From: a virus
Length of the DNA stretch: 64,000 bases
Virus record (IMG/VR): IMGVR_UViG_3300037247_000961
Coordinates: 30,431-94,430 of that record
Direction: 5' to 3' (one strand)
In this document: positions 28,658 to 39,900 of the stretch, one piece after another
How the letters are laid out: each line of letters opens with the position of its first letter
Position numbering within the stretch: the stretch's first letter is position 1
Program-made: the position numbers and the translations under genes
Notes under the pieces: generated by a model
Told to the model about the DNA's origin: nothing
What the model saw: only the letters and a program-made list of their open reading frames with translations
The model's database searches: none

Positions 28658-31600
28658 TAACCTCTCCCTCGCGCAGCGGCAATCCCACTGCCTGCTTGGC
28701 CCATGATCTGATGGCGACTGCGGTTAAACCCGCCGACGTCCGGCGATTCAATGTTCCAAATTTGTGTGATGTTTCCACCTTCCTGTCGCGCTTGCTCTGG
28801 CGTTCGTACAGACACTTCTTCGCCGCGGGTTGCCTTGAATTGAACTAATGTTCTATCTATGCCGCCTGGCCCTCCAACGGTGAAGTCTCCGCCATGTCGG
28901 AAGGATGGGCCTAGGGGGAGCAGAGCCGCGCTGGCCCCGGCGCTGCCGGCGCCGGTCAGTGGAGCAGCGCCGCCTCCTAAACTAAACAGGCTCTCTAAGA
29001 AGCCCCCACCCCCTCCACTTGCAGCAATGGTTTGAAGGGATAAGGCTGCGGCTTCGGCTGCAACGGCAAGCGTTGTTAATGATGTTGTCGCGGTTACCGT
29101 TGCCGCTGTCTCGGTTGCGGTGCCAATCGCGGCCTCTAAGGTGCCCTTTACCAGATCCGTACCAAGAGCCGTTGCCGCTGGCAGTGCCGCGCTTGTTACA
29201 TTCTCAATTGCCGGTGCGGCGTTTGTTAAAGCCTGCGTAACGGTATCTGCCGCTGTGCCTATTGCGGTCAACGCAGGGTCGACGCTAAATCCGCGACCTC
29301 CAGGATCTGAACCTGCTGGTGGTAAAGTGTCCTCAGACCCGAAGAACTTATTGAACAATCCCTGTAAACCCTTGGTCGGATCTTCATCACCGATACCAGT
29401 TTTGCCTAAGCCAAGTAAGTTGGCCAATGGATTGACGATGGCCCCCTGGATTGCCAAACGGGCCAGATCTGAAATGATGCTATTGATGAGGCTGGCAAAA
29501 TCCAATTTGCCCGTGGTGACGAATTCGGCCAATGCATCACCGGCACCACGGAAAGCATTCGTGAGCACAGATTCAATCCTTGACGCAAGGTCTTCCGAGT
29601 CACGTCCCATCTTGAGGAACGAGCGCTCGATGCCGGATACAAGGTCTGTTTGTTGATCAAGGAACGCAATGCGCGCGTCGCGCATGGCCTGCGTCCGTTC
29701 CTTCTCGGAAAGTGCAGCCGTGGCCATTGAACCATTTAGCGCATCGATAGCATGCTTATAATCTTGTACCGGCCCAAGGATATCCTCGATCACTTCACGC
29801 TGATCTCGGAGCGCCTGATTCTCACGTGCCAAATTCTCGATGAGTAGTTTATGTGCGGGCTGGAGTGCGTCATCGGCAGCAGCCTTGGCATCAAGCAGCA
29901 CTTGTTGAATCTCGCGTTCGCGGTTAGACACCTTGAGCAGGTCCGCTTCTTGAATTAAGGCTTGCCTAAGTTCCTCTAACTTTGGCGGAAGCGCCTTTGG
30001 GTCACGCCCCGAACCATCGTCGACGACTAACCCCTTTCCGGCTTGAACGCCACGAAGCCTTTGTAATGCTGCGTCCAGATTCTCCACGTGGGCAGTCAAA
30101 GTTTTCACGGCTTCGGAACCAGGAGCCAAAAATTCCGTGATTAGAAGCTGGTCCGAAATCCGAGTTTTCAATTCCTCAATGGTATCGATGAAGGCGGTAA
30201 ATTCATCGCCGGTCAATTTCCCATTCTTCGTGGCTTTTTTCAAAGCCCCTGCAATTTCCCCAATCTCTTCCGAAAAGCCTTGGATTGCATCGGTTGGAAT
30301 CACAATATCCTTGAAGAAACCTACAATTTGCTCCTTCATCTTCTCAAAAGTTTCCGCGATGTCTTCACCATTTGCCTTAGCGATAGCGGCCAAAATGGCA
30401 AATGCAGCAATTGCTGCCGCAGCCATTGCCGGAATAATGCGTGCACTAAGCAAAGTCATCGTAACAACCAACTTTTTAAGTTGACTGATGAGGATGGCAA
30501 TGGCTCCAACGACGAGCCGTCCCAAGATCACAGTGCCCATGATGGTTAGGGCCTTCGCCAACATGTCCGCATTATTGGCAACGATGCGCAAGAACTGCGC
30601 AGTCTTTTCGAGCAACGTACGTAACCCGGATGTTCCCCCCTCGTCTCCCAGTTCAAGGATCACACCTTCAAAGGCAGACTTCACACGTAGCAAAGCGCCA
30701 TTAAGGTTATCATCCATGACCTCGGCCATCTCTTCAGCAGTGCCAGCGGCTTCCCGATTCAGTCGGGCCAGTTCCTTGAGACGTGGCAAACTATCAATCA
30801 GGATTAGGAGATTATTCGCTTGTCGTATACCGACCAATTCATATGCTTGTGTCAATCCAATGTTGGCCGCACGGAGCGTCTCAAGAACTGGAATAAGCCC
30901 GCGGGATTCGATGTTGACGTCTTTTAGGCTCAGATCAACGGCCTTAAGAGATTTCTTGGCAGCACCTGCACCAGCGAGCAATTTGATGAAGGATGTACGC
31001 AAGCCTGAGCCGGCTCGCGTACCCTGAATAGCAGCGTCAGACAGTACACCAATCGCAGCCGCGGTCGTCTCAACGGAAACACCCAAGGCAGCCGCGGCCG
31101 GCGCCGCAAAGGACATAGCGTCACCAAGCTGTTCGACATTGGTATTAGACTTAGATGACGTTTTCGCGAGCACATCAATAACACGATTCATGGAATTGGC
31201 TTCCAATCGGAAACCCTTTAAGACGTTGGATGCAATATCTGCAGCCCGCGCCACATCAATCAATCCAACTTGCGCAAGGTTGAGTGTGCCCTGAATTGTT
31301 TGCAAAACCTGATTTGCATCGAAGCCCGTACGGGCAAGAAATACCATTCCCTCCGCTGCCTGTGTCGCGCTGAACCGGGTTTCAATACCAAGTTTCTTTG
31401 CTCGATTACGAAGCGCATCGAAGGCGGCACCTGTCTCCCCCGTGATAGCCTTAATCGTCGACATGGACTGCGAGAAATCCGCAAGCGTACGAATGGTACT
31501 GCGTAGAATCAGCGCCCCGCCGAGCGCGCCCAGAGCGGAGCGGAGGAGCGACACTCCACCCTGAGCGGCTCGTGACGCAGTCCCGATCTTCGCGATATTA

Positions 31601-31659
31601 CGCGAAACGCGCCGGGAACCGCGTTCACTGACGACAATGTCCAGACGCTCTACGGCGAT
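28657..31659 (-). CDS. tape measure protein (start probably upstream of the tracked GTG 31554)
   Basis: TP901-type core (TRFSATQAAEG..FLARTG, SNTNVEQLGDAM, MDDNLNG) and lambda-like C-terminus (FVTTGKLDFASL, GGPGGID). Confidence 0.9.
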   Translation of the reverse strand: MAVERLDIVVSERGSRRVSRNIAKIGTASRAAQGGVSLLRSALGALGGALILRSTIRTLADFSQSMSTIKAITGETGAAFDALRNRAKKLGIETRFSATQAAEGMVFLARTGFDANQVLQTIQGTLNLAQVGLIDVARAADIASNVLKGFRLEANSMNRVIDVLAKTSSKSNTNVEQLGDAMSFAAPAAAALGVSVETTAAAIGVLSDAAIQGTRAGSGLRTSFIKLLAGAGAAKKSLKAVDLSLKDVNIESRGLIPVLETLRAANIGLTQAYELVGIRQANNLLILIDSLPRLKELARLNREAAGTAEEMAEVMDDNLNGALLRVKSAFEGVILELGDEGGTSGLRTLLEKTAQFLRIVANNADMLAKALTIMGTVILGRLVVGAIAILISQLKKLVVTMTLLSARIIPAMAAAAIAAFAILAAIAKANGEDIAETFEKMKEQIVGFFKDIVIPTDAIQGFSEEIGEIAGALKKATKNGKLTGDEFTAFIDTIEELKTRISDQLLITEFLAPGSEAVKTLTAHVENLDAALQRLRGVQAGKGLVVDDGSGRDPKALPPKLEELRQALIQEADLLKVSNREREIQQVLLDAKAAADDALQPAHKLLIENLARENQALRDQREVIEDILGPVQDYKHAIDALNGSMATAALSEKERTQAMRDARIAFLDQQTDLVSGIERSFLKMGRDSEDLASRIESVLTNAFRGAGDALAEFVTTGKLDFASLINSIISDLARLAIQGAIVNPLANLLGLGKTGIGDEDPTKGLQGLFNKFFGSEDTLPPAGSDPGGRGFSVDPALTAIGTAADTVTQALTNAAPAIENVTSAALPAATALGTDLVKGTLEAAIGTATETAATVTATTSLTTLAVAAEAAALSLQTIAASGGGGGFLESLFSLGGGAAPLTGAGSAGASAALLPLGPSFRHGGDFTVGGPGGIDRTLVQFKATRGEEVSVRTPEQARQEGGNITQIWNIESPDVGGFNRSRHQIMGQAGSGIAAARGRG

Positions 31660-31693
31660 GGCACACCTGCCTTTCGATTAGAGGGTTCGGCCA

Positions 31694-32101
31694 TTACTTA
31701 AAAACCCTCGTCTTAGCAAGTACCGCAACTGCTGCCAATACAGCAAGTTGAACAAATCCAGCCGGTGCCTGAGACGATGACCCCTCATTCAATTCGTTAA
31801 TGTAAGGAACATTATTCGACAAAATAATGTCCACACGCTTTTCGCGTGCCCGAATCAGTGTATTGTTCCGTGCAATAGTGGCTGCTCCGTCTATGTCCTC
31901 GGCATCAATCTCCTTTGTGATTGGTGCGACTAACCCAATTTGCCAATTCGCGCGTGCGTGTCCTGTCTTGACCGGGGTCTCTAGTATTACAACCTGGTTA
32001 ATAACTAGCGCTGCGGACTTGACAGCGTCCGACGCGCCCGACTCAACTTGCCGAGCGCGTCGTCGAATCCGTCTTGCAAAAATCTCTGGACTCGCCATCA
32101 A
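31694..32101 (-). CDS. HK97 gp10-like neck/tail completion protein
   Basis: TPVKTGHARANW, NNVPYI..LN.GSSSQAPAGFV. Confidence 0.85.
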   Translation of the reverse strand: MMASPEIFARRIRRRARQVESGASDAVKSAALVINQVVILETPVKTGHARANWQIGLVAPITKEIDAEDIDGAATIARNNTLIRAREKRVDIILSNNVPYINELNEGSSSQAPAGFVQLAVLAAVAVLAKTRVFK

Positions 32102-32439
32102 CCGTTGCCTTTATTCTTCTCACGGTGCCATTCCACATACCAAGCATCAAGTGCTTGAACGCAGTAAATCAGGTCTATCCGCTGATCTCCAATTACTCCA
32201 ATTCGGTCGCAGTAATCATAGATCGTTAACCACGGAATCCGCCCCATCGACATGCTGTTGAGGCGGCTTGAGTCTAAATCCATGAAGGCTTGCATATACA
32301 AGCCCAACCCCATATCAAGCTCCGGCGCGTCGCGGATGCTGTTCGGATAAGGTTGTTTCGTCTGCAAGCAAGCCCTCAAGATTGCCTGTTCATGCGGTCC
32401 TTGCTCCAGTGTGTACTGGAGGACCGCGATTAGTTTCCC
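32098..32439 (-). CDS. tail assembly chaperone, -1 frameshift extension (gpT-like)
   Basis: Frame opens at the slippery site; APEL..GL..Y..AF.DL...R...GRIPW..I..Y. Confidence 0.75.
   Translation of the reverse strand, partial: GKLIAVLQYTLEQGPHEQAILRACLQTKQPYPNSIRDAPELDMGLGLYMQAFMDLDSSRLNSMSMGRIPWLTIYDYCDRIGVIGDQRIDLIYCVQALDAWYVEWHREKNKGNG
32394..32439 (-). promoter_or_regulatory. programmed -1 frameshift signal GGGAAAC plus stimulatory hairpin
   Basis: G GGA AAC TAA at the chaperone end; 5 nt later GCGGTC-CTCCAGT-ACAC-ACTGGAG-CAAG-GACCGC. Confidence 0.8.
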
Positions 32440-32879
32440 GTGTCTGCCTCCTGATACTGAATCAGGTACAGTGCCAGCTTCTCCGCATCTTCCTTGAACC
32501 ACATGAACAATTCCGGCAAATCGATCATCGCCTGGACCACGTTGTCACGGGTGAATGGAACCAGCTTGATGGGGTCACCCGCCTTCTTGGACTTGGCCTC
32601 GATGCCAATTTCCCATTCGCCCTTGGCATTTTTGGTTTCCCAATGGAGGACGATTGAATCAGCATAAACCTCGCGCAGGATCTCGATGGCCACGTCATTA
32701 TCCATGGTCCCGGTTTTCCTAGCACGTTCATGTGGCTTCGCCCGAGCGTCCAAAAGCCTTTCATATTTCTTGTTAGACCCGCCAGCACGGGCCAATGTGA
32801 CACGGAACGAACCGTAATTGATCTCCACGCCCTTGGTCTCAAGGGCTTTGTCGGTTTCGAGTTGTTCATACATGCTCAT
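32430..32879 (-). CDS. tail assembly chaperone (gpG-like)
   Basis: MSMYEQLETD...ARAGGSNKKY...LPELF; SD GAGGAG; lies between tube and tape measure. Confidence 0.8.
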   Translation of the reverse strand: MSMYEQLETDKALETKGVEINYGSFRVTLARAGGSNKKYERLLDARAKPHERARKTGTMDNDVAIEILREVYADSIVLHWETKNAKGEWEIGIEAKSKKAGDPIKLVPFTRDNVVQAMIDLPELFMWFKEDAEKLALYLIQYQEADTGN

Positions 32880-32994
32880 GGTGTTGCTCCTCTGCAATTG
32901 GGGTTGACGCGAGGGCCATGTGACCCTCGCGTTTAGTGCCATCCCGATTAGGTGTCCAAGGAATCGGGCCACAATGGCCCGATTCATGGCCCGT

Positions 32995-34866
32995 TTAGAT
33001 GTCCGCGGAATCGGGAAGGAAGTCGAAGAACACGAACATCGCGACATAATCGAGGGTAGAATCGATTATCGCCGCAGTGGCCGCGGTCATATCCAACGGC
33101 AACGTGATTGCTTGGTCTTGCACAACGTTCAATCGCGCATCGCCCAAAGTGATCAGCGGCAAATCAAGCACGAAGCCCGCTTTGCTCCCTGCTACACCCT
33201 TGACACATGCGAAGTCGAGGGTCACATTGGCATTGTCCTTGACCGCTTCAATCGACGCCACACTGGCGAAGTACGCAGTAATCGACCCGCCGATGTTCAG
33301 CGTGCCATGACTAATCTCGAAAGAGCCCAACGTGCCAACGGCTTTGTTCGGAGTCAGGTTTTCGTTGAACGTGATTTCGAGGTTCTGTGCGAAAGCGAAC
33401 AGTGGAGTCGGCGCCTCGGTGCCGTCCACGTGTACCGCCAGCCGAATGCGACTAAAGTCGGACGAAGTGTTGAAAGCGTCCGATTCAACTACGGCCGGGC
33501 GCGTCCCGGTCTTGAGCGCAGTCGGCCCGTCAACCGTTGAACTGTCGCCGGCGATGAACGAAAGGTTGGCCATTAGCTTGCTCGCCGAAGGAATCGTAAG
33601 CGATGCCTCGCTTGGCACTGCGCCCTCGATATATTCGGCCTGAATCTCAGACGATTGAGCGTCATCGGGTTTGCCGAGTTGCCGCTCTAGCTGGTAGGTG
33701 CGCCGGAAAATGAGGTTGCTAGCATCGTTCTCATTCTTGAGCACACGGCCAAGGTAGATTTCGATGGTCTCATCACCGCCGGTCTCTGTGACCATTGCCA
33801 AATCAGACTTATCGAATTCCAACCGTGCCGCAACAACCGTGCGTACCCGCTTGAAACCGTTGTTTGCCGCGGTATCGAATAGGCTTGCCGCAAGCTCCCC
33901 ACCGATGTAGACCCACTCACCTGGGATTACGCCCAAATCGGTGAAGTCCGTTGTGGTGGAGGTAAGTGCCGGGAATGTACTGGCCACGTCCACATCAATG
34001 TCATTGGCGTCGCACTGGAAGCCAACTGTGGTCAACGTCGCTGCGGCATTCGGAGTTGCATCCAGCACCAAGTTTTCTACGACGGTGATGATGTTATCTG
34101 CAACGGAGGAAACGACAAAGTTGCCATTGTTCCCAGCGTCGTCGTTACCCTGCATGCGAACGATATCGCCTGCACCCCAGACCAAGCCATTACCATAGGT
34201 CAGGGTCAAAGTGAGAGCATCGTCACCTGAGCCAGTGATCTTCGTGGTAGCAGCCCCCGCGCTGGTATCCGTGTCGGTGCGGCCTTCAAGGCCACCCGAG
34301 AAGCCGGTGAAGGTCAAAGCCACGGTATCCACAAGGCCACCAGTCTGTCCGGTCACCAAGAACCGAGCCAAAACCGTCGCATTCGCGTCAGTGACTTCGA
34401 CGAGATCACCGTCCGCGTAGCCAGTGCCCGCCACCACCACGACAGCGGAGAGCGCCACGCGACTGTCAACGGTGATTGTGTCGGTCGCCGTGGTAATGCC
34501 GGTGATCGAATAATCCTCGAACCCGCCGGTTATACCCGCCCGCCGGGGCTGACGGTCGTCTCCGACGTCATTCTTGCGCCGGAAGTCGGCAAACATGACA
34601 CCTTCCCACAAGTCTTGCAGGCTGGTTTGCGTCACGTCAAAGGTGTAGCCGCCGGATGCGTCCAGGTCCGTGACCAGACCCTTCTTCGGCATACGGCTCG
34701 CGTTGATGGGGTTACGAGCAGTCGTTACGATGCTTCCACCGAAATCGTCGTACTCGTTGGGCTCCATCGGCAGCCAGATCGGCGTGCCAGGGAGCACCTT
34801 GAAGCTCAGTTCCTCTGCGACTCTCAAACCAGTCGCGTTGGAATCGATTTTGTTGACAGCCGCCAT
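32995..34866 (-). CDS. major tail tube protein with inserted domains
   Basis: NKIDSNATGL, EPNEYDDFGG, ARNPIN.SR..KG, AFNTSSDFSRI, GSITAYF. Confidence 0.8.
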   Translation of the reverse strand: MAAVNKIDSNATGLRVAEELSFKVLPGTPIWLPMEPNEYDDFGGSIVTTARNPINASRMPKKGLVTDLDASGGYTFDVTQTSLQDLWEGVMFADFRRKNDVGDDRQPRRAGITGGFEDYSITGITTATDTITVDSRVALSAVVVVAGTGYADGDLVEVTDANATVLARFLVTGQTGGLVDTVALTFTGFSGGLEGRTDTDTSAGAATTKITGSGDDALTLTLTYGNGLVWGAGDIVRMQGNDDAGNNGNFVVSSVADNIITVVENLVLDATPNAAATLTTVGFQCDANDIDVDVASTFPALTSTTTDFTDLGVIPGEWVYIGGELAASLFDTAANNGFKRVRTVVAARLEFDKSDLAMVTETGGDETIEIYLGRVLKNENDASNLIFRRTYQLERQLGKPDDAQSSEIQAEYIEGAVPSEASLTIPSASKLMANLSFIAGDSSTVDGPTALKTGTRPAVVESDAFNTSSDFSRIRLAVHVDGTEAPTPLFAFAQNLEITFNENLTPNKAVGTLGSFEISHGTLNIGGSITAYFASVASIEAVKDNANVTLDFACVKGVAGSKAGFVLDLPLITLGDARLNVVQDQAITLPLDMTAATAAIIDSTLDYVAMFVFFDFLPDSADI

Positions 34867-34877
34867 GGCAATGTCTC

Positions 34878-35297
34878 CTATTTGATCTCGTCGTACACGA
34901 ATTCAACGACGACATTGAACTGATACCACTCGTCACTCGGTCCAACCTCGACGATACGAACATTGCGAAACCACACGGCAGAGGCGGTTGCCTTGCCTTC
35001 GAATGCATCCGCAACAGTTTTCCCGAGGGACCGAGCCAACGATAGGCCGTTGCCGTTCGGAATAAATATCGACACAATCATAATCCCGTGCCGAATGTAT
35101 TTTATTTTATTCAGCGCACCTGTAAGACTCTGTCCGCCTCCTGGGGCATGCCGAATTGAAGGTCGCGCCCATGCTGCTTGGGCAGTAGGAACCGCGCCCC
35201 TCACGTTCTCATAGACTGCTATCAGGCTCGTGGTATCCCATGCCGTTTTGAAGAAGGCCAACATCTCGTCCGAAGCCGTCTCTTGCGTTGCAGCCAT
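34878..35297 (-). CDS. tail terminator protein
   Basis: WARPSIRH, VWFRNV, WYQFNVVVEF.YDE; synteny. Confidence 0.75.
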   Translation of the reverse strand: MAATQETASDEMLAFFKTAWDTTSLIAVYENVRGAVPTAQAAWARPSIRHAPGGGQSLTGALNKIKYIRHGIMIVSIFIPNGNGLSLARSLGKTVADAFEGKATASAVWFRNVRIVEVGPSDEWYQFNVVVEFVYDEIK

Positions 35298-35686
35298 TAG
35301 CGGCCAACCGCCACATATGCCAGAGCATTTACAGTGCCTGGCTTGAACACTTCAACGTGACCGATCTTCCAATAAATGATTCCGTCAAGCACCTCTTGAA
35401 ATTCTTCAACATTGACCGTGCCCGGAATCACCAACATGATCTGCTCGGCGCGAGGCACAAGATCCGTGGACTCGAACGAGATGCCCAACTCGGCCAGGCT
35501 AGACGGGTTGAAAAACAGCGCATCAAGCGTGGCCGTTGCAGCGGGCGTCGTACGTGCGTCTGTTGGACCTTCCCACGGCTGATTCGCATCGGCCAATGTG
35601 GCATTGTGCTTTATGAAAACCACCTCCCGCCCATTTTCTTTCACAAGCGCCGCCGCTGTTGCAAGGATGGGGGTCAGGTCAACCAC
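35297..35686 (-). CDS. head closure / head-tail joining protein
   Basis: A..LV..NGR.V, PWEGP, KPG; synteny. Confidence 0.7.
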   Translation of the reverse strand: MVDLTPILATAAALVKENGREVVFIKHNATLADANQPWEGPTDARTTPAATATLDALFFNPSSLAELGISFESTDLVPRAEQIMLVIPGTVNVEEFQEVLDGIIYWKIGHVEVFKPGTVNALAYVAVGR

Positions 35687-36590
35687 GAATAACCCTTCCG
35701 CCTGGAATGAGATATCCCACCAGCAAACGATCCGCGGCGGGATACGGCTTAATCAATTGCGCCAATGAACCTGCATCCGAAAAGCGAGTCTCCGTTTCGA
35801 TTGGTCCCACCTTCACTCGTGATCCCACAACAATTTGCCCTGTTGCATCAACGGTTGGATCTGGACTCAACTTGGTTCCAGCCACAGTGCGTACTGCATA
35901 CTCGGCCGTCGCCTGCAACAGCTTTGTGGGCATGCCCAGCACCTGCAAGCCTTCCCGGTCAAACAGGTTAACACGGGGGAAGCTTAGCCACTGAGGCTCA
36001 CCGGTATCCGACCCCCCGGCAAGCGTAGCACTGGCCCATGATGCCGCAGTAACGGTCTCTGTGGTGCCGACGTCGTTGCCAGGGGTGCCCTTGGCTACGG
36101 CTACGGCGATCATGCGGTCGCCTATGCCTTCCCCCGCCGTAATAGTGGTATGTGCCACGGTGCCTAGGCCTACGGTATCCCCCAGCTTGTCCGCCGTGGC
36201 CGCAATAGCATCGATCAGATTGATGATGGATGCTTCCACACTGGCACCGATCAAGACGCTATTTGCGCCGCCGAGCGTGGTGTTGTAGGTGTACACGATT
36301 CCGTCGATTGTGACTGTTTCTGTGTTTAAAGGTTGACCGGTAAACGTCAACGTCCCGCGCGCAACGGAGATATTCTGAAACTGGCGCCGCCCGAGGAATC
36401 GCTGACCAAACCGAGTCTCGATGTAATCGGTCGCAGCAATTACGGAGGCGTCCTTCTCCGAACCAGAGAATCCGCTCCAACCACTCTCATCGACGCGATT
36501 CCGTTCTACTAGGTAAGCATTCACCAACGCACTTGTCGTATGGGCATTGGCTCCCGATACCCCAGTCCCATCTTCCAAGATCAATGTCAC
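35679..36590 (-). CDS. head-tail adaptor (DnaT-like) with an inserted domain
   Basis: ILEDGTGVSGAN, ATDYIE.RF..G, Q.LSFPR, KVGPIE, PYPAADRLL. Confidence 0.8.
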   Translation of the reverse strand: MTLILEDGTGVSGANAHTTSALVNAYLVERNRVDESGWSGFSGSEKDASVIAATDYIETRFGQRFLGRRQFQNISVARGTLTFTGQPLNTETVTIDGIVYTYNTTLGGANSVLIGASVEASIINLIDAIAATADKLGDTVGLGTVAHTTITAGEGIGDRMIAVAVAKGTPGNDVGTTETVTAASWASATLAGGSDTGEPQWLSFPRVNLFDREGLQVLGMPTKLLQATAEYAVRTVAGTKLSPDPTVDATGQIVVGSRVKVGPIETETRFSDAGSLAQLIKPYPAADRLLVGYLIPGGRVIRG

Positions 36591-36602
36591 AATTCTGCTC
36601 CT

Positions 36603-36971
36603 TTAGACCTTGGTGATGTCCTGGACGATGAGGCACTTGCCGATAATCAATGTTGCTTTGCCTCCACCAGCATCGATTTGCTCGATATCATAAAAATAGG
36701 TATCAGGCGCGATATCAGTGTCAGTTATAGTCGGCGCAAAAGAAATCTGTCCGTTAACGGCATCAACGAGCACTCCAGCGATTGTAAATTGCTGATTATC
36801 CGTATTCGCAGGGTCTTTCTCACTGTTGACGGTCAACTTAAACGAGAAACCCGAAACGTCAATGGCGATTCCGGCACTGTCCTGTCGGACGAAGCCCTTG
36901 GCATTGCTGTCACCCCGACCCCAGCAAATCGTCTTAGTGGCGTCCTTGGTCTGGTCAATTGCACAAGCCAT
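36603..36971 (-). CDS. BppU N-terminal-like Ig-fold virion protein
   Basis: RGDS...IDVSGFSFKLTV...GQISFAP...YFYDIEQ...G. Confidence 0.65.
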   Translation of the reverse strand: MACAIDQTKDATKTICWGRGDSNAKGFVRQDSAGIAIDVSGFSFKLTVNSEKDPANTDNQQFTIAGVLVDAVNGQISFAPTITDTDIAPDTYFYDIEQIDAGGGKATLIIGKCLIVQDITKV

Positions 36972-36972
36972 G

Positions 36973-39900
36973 TTAAATCCCCGTATCCCCTCCAGCCCTC
37001 ACGATGATGTCCGAAATGCCCGCCAGCACAATGCCCGCCGGGGACGGAACGCCAATGTCAGGATCATCAAGCAGTGCGATGAACTCCGCCACGAATAATG
37101 GACCAGCGAGAACCACAACCCCGGTTCCAGCCTGGGCCAAGGCGGCAAGGGTCTGAACGCCAGCCCCAATAAAGACTTGAACACCGTCTCCGTTCTGTAC
37201 GAAATCGGCTAAAGTCTGGGCACTGATACCCTCGAAGCTTATACCACCAATGCCGCTTTGAGTCAAGCTTGAAAGGGTCTGACTACTTGCGGCGATGAAG
37301 ATTTCAACCCCCATTCCCGCCTGAGCATAGTTAGATAGAATCGATGCACCAGCACCAACTGGTGCCATCACTCCAACACCGTTTTGAATAATATCCTGAA
37401 GGACTGAGGCGCCTGTTCCGATGATGATTTCACTACCGGAAGCGGCCTGTAACAATTCAGCAATAGTCTGGGCTCCAATCCCAGAAGGTATCATCACTAC
37501 ATCGCCAGCCTGTATAAATTCCGCCAATGTCTGCACAGACGCTGCAATGAAGAATATTTGCCCAGTGGCCGCTTGCGTGATTTGTGCCAGAGTCAACTCG
37601 CCCGTGACGGACGGGATCATCAAGGCAACACCAAATTGGAGATAGTCCAAAAGTAATTGGCTCCCGGCCACTGTAAAGATTTCTGCGGCGGAAGCTGTTT
37701 GTAAGAAATTGGTTAATGTTTGAGCGCCCACGGCCGTTGGCACCATATGGACAGCCCCGGATTGAAGGTAATCGCCCAAGGTCTGTGCGCCTGCAAGAGT
37801 AATCGTTTGGGAATGAGTCACATCACCGGATTGTAAATAGTCCGGGAGAATCAAGGTTCCAGTTCCGTCAGGGTGTATCAATCCTACGCCGGCCTGTTGC
37901 AATTCGGCCAATGTCAAGGCACTGGCCACTGCAAAAATTTGCGCGGCTGTAGCGGCTTGAAGGAAGTCAGCCAGGATTTGCCCGCCTATGCTAGATGGGA
38001 GCATTAAGGTCACACCGGCTTGTTGTAGTTCTGCCAATGTCAAATCGCCGGTCACTGTGAAGATTTCACTGGCCACGCCGGCCTGGAGGTAATCAAGCAA
38101 TATTTGAGCGCCGACTGGTAAGAAAATTTGCGCAGCGCCCCCAGCCTGTTGCAATTCAGCTAATGTCAAGGCACCTACTGAGGATATCGCCAAAGAATGA
38201 GTCACATCACCGAATTGCAAATAGTCCGGTAAGATTAAGACCCCAGTTCCCTTTGGATGCATCAGACCCACGCCGGCCTGCAAGTAATCCTCCAACGTCT
38301 GACCACCGTCCACGGTGAAGATTTCACTGGCTGTAGCGGCTTGGAGGAAATCAGCCAGAACTTGGACACCCGTGCCGGCTGGAATCATCACAGTCACGCC
38401 GGCCTGTTGCAATTCGGCCAATGTTAGATCGCCGGTCACTGTGAAGATTTCACTCACTGATCCTGTCTGGAGGTAGTTCGCCAACGCTTGCGCTCCGTCC
38501 GGTATAAAGATTTGCACGGCAACCCCGGCCTGTTGCAATTCGTCCAATGTCAAGGCCCCAGCTACCGATGGGAGCATTATGCCATTGCCGCTCTGCAAAA
38601 AGTCGAACAGGCTTTGGGCACCTGTTGCAATGAAGATTTGCACCGCGGAACCAGATTGTAGAAAGTCCGCCAAGACCTGAACGCCCGATATAGAATGCGG
38701 ATGCGCACCGACCCCGGCTTGAAGGTAGTCGTCTAGTGTTTGGTCCCCCGCTGCCGTGAAGGTTTCGAGCGATGTCGCCGCACCGGACTGGAGGTAGTCC
38801 GCAACCACTTGGGCTCCGGTCACCGTGAAGATTTGAACGGGCGAACCGGCCTGGAGGTAGTCTGCCAGCACCTGAGCGCCAACAATGTCCGGGTGCATGT
38901 GGGCTTGACCAGCCTGGAGGTAGTTGGTCAAAAGCTGAATGGCGGTTGCAATGAAGATTTGATTTGCCGCGCCTGCCTGGAGGTAGTCTCCCAGTGTTTG
39001 AGAGCCGTCTGCGGAATGAGGGTGCAAGCCTTGGCCCGCTTGTGTGTAATCGGGAAGCGTTTGGGCTCCGGCGCCACTCGGTGGTACCGCTCCCAGCACG
39101 ATCACCCCGTACTTAGTCGTTCCAGCATCGTCGTAGACATAGAGAAGATCACTGGTGCCTACCCGACAGTTTATACGGTTGACCGTGACGGCATCGAGTT
39201 CTTCGTTGTCCGTTCCGCTTCCGCCGTCCACGTCATCGTAGTGGTACAGGTCTTGATCTACGCCGGCCGCCCCGCCAGCGGAATAAAGCAGATGCACATC
39301 TGTTGTGCCTTCAAGGGCTAGGCAGAACGGTGCGAATGGTGCCGCAGTCCTACCGTTACCAAAAACAAATTGTTGCCCAGTTCCTGTAGTTACCTCTATC
39401 TCTACTCGCGCGGCTTCGGCAGATGTTAATGGTACACCAAAACCATATATTTTAACCTCAAGTGCCTGTACCTTAGCCCACGTCCACCCACCAGACGGTG
39501 TGGCAAAATTAAAATATTCCCCCCAATCAGCGGTGTCCGGACTAGCAGACGGACCATTCAAATCCTCTCCTAATCCGTCTGTGAAAATATTACCCTTAAC
39601 TATATCCAAAGCGCCTATCGACGCACCAAATATCCTTGCTCGAATTGATTTAATACTGTCGCCCGAAGCCGGGGCGGTTGTTCCTTCTCCGAAAAGGAAA
39701 TTAGAACCAAGCCCTCCAAGTGTTGTTGTTGTCGCAAGTGTCGATGTTGAACCGTCAAAAGCATTTGCATCATCGGTCCAAACTCCATCAGTATCCGTAG
39801 GCCCGCCATCAGACGCATCAAAATAATATGTTGCTGTTGCTATATCGAGACTAACGGTCGGGCTCACACCGCTTGTCCAACTGGCAATAGTAATTCTATC

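Noticed and set aside
37108-39078. Repeats as a CRISPR array or DGR template/variable repeat
   Set aside because: They are in-frame degenerate coding repeats without unique spacers; no cas or reverse transcriptase gene and no adenine-specific mismatch pattern
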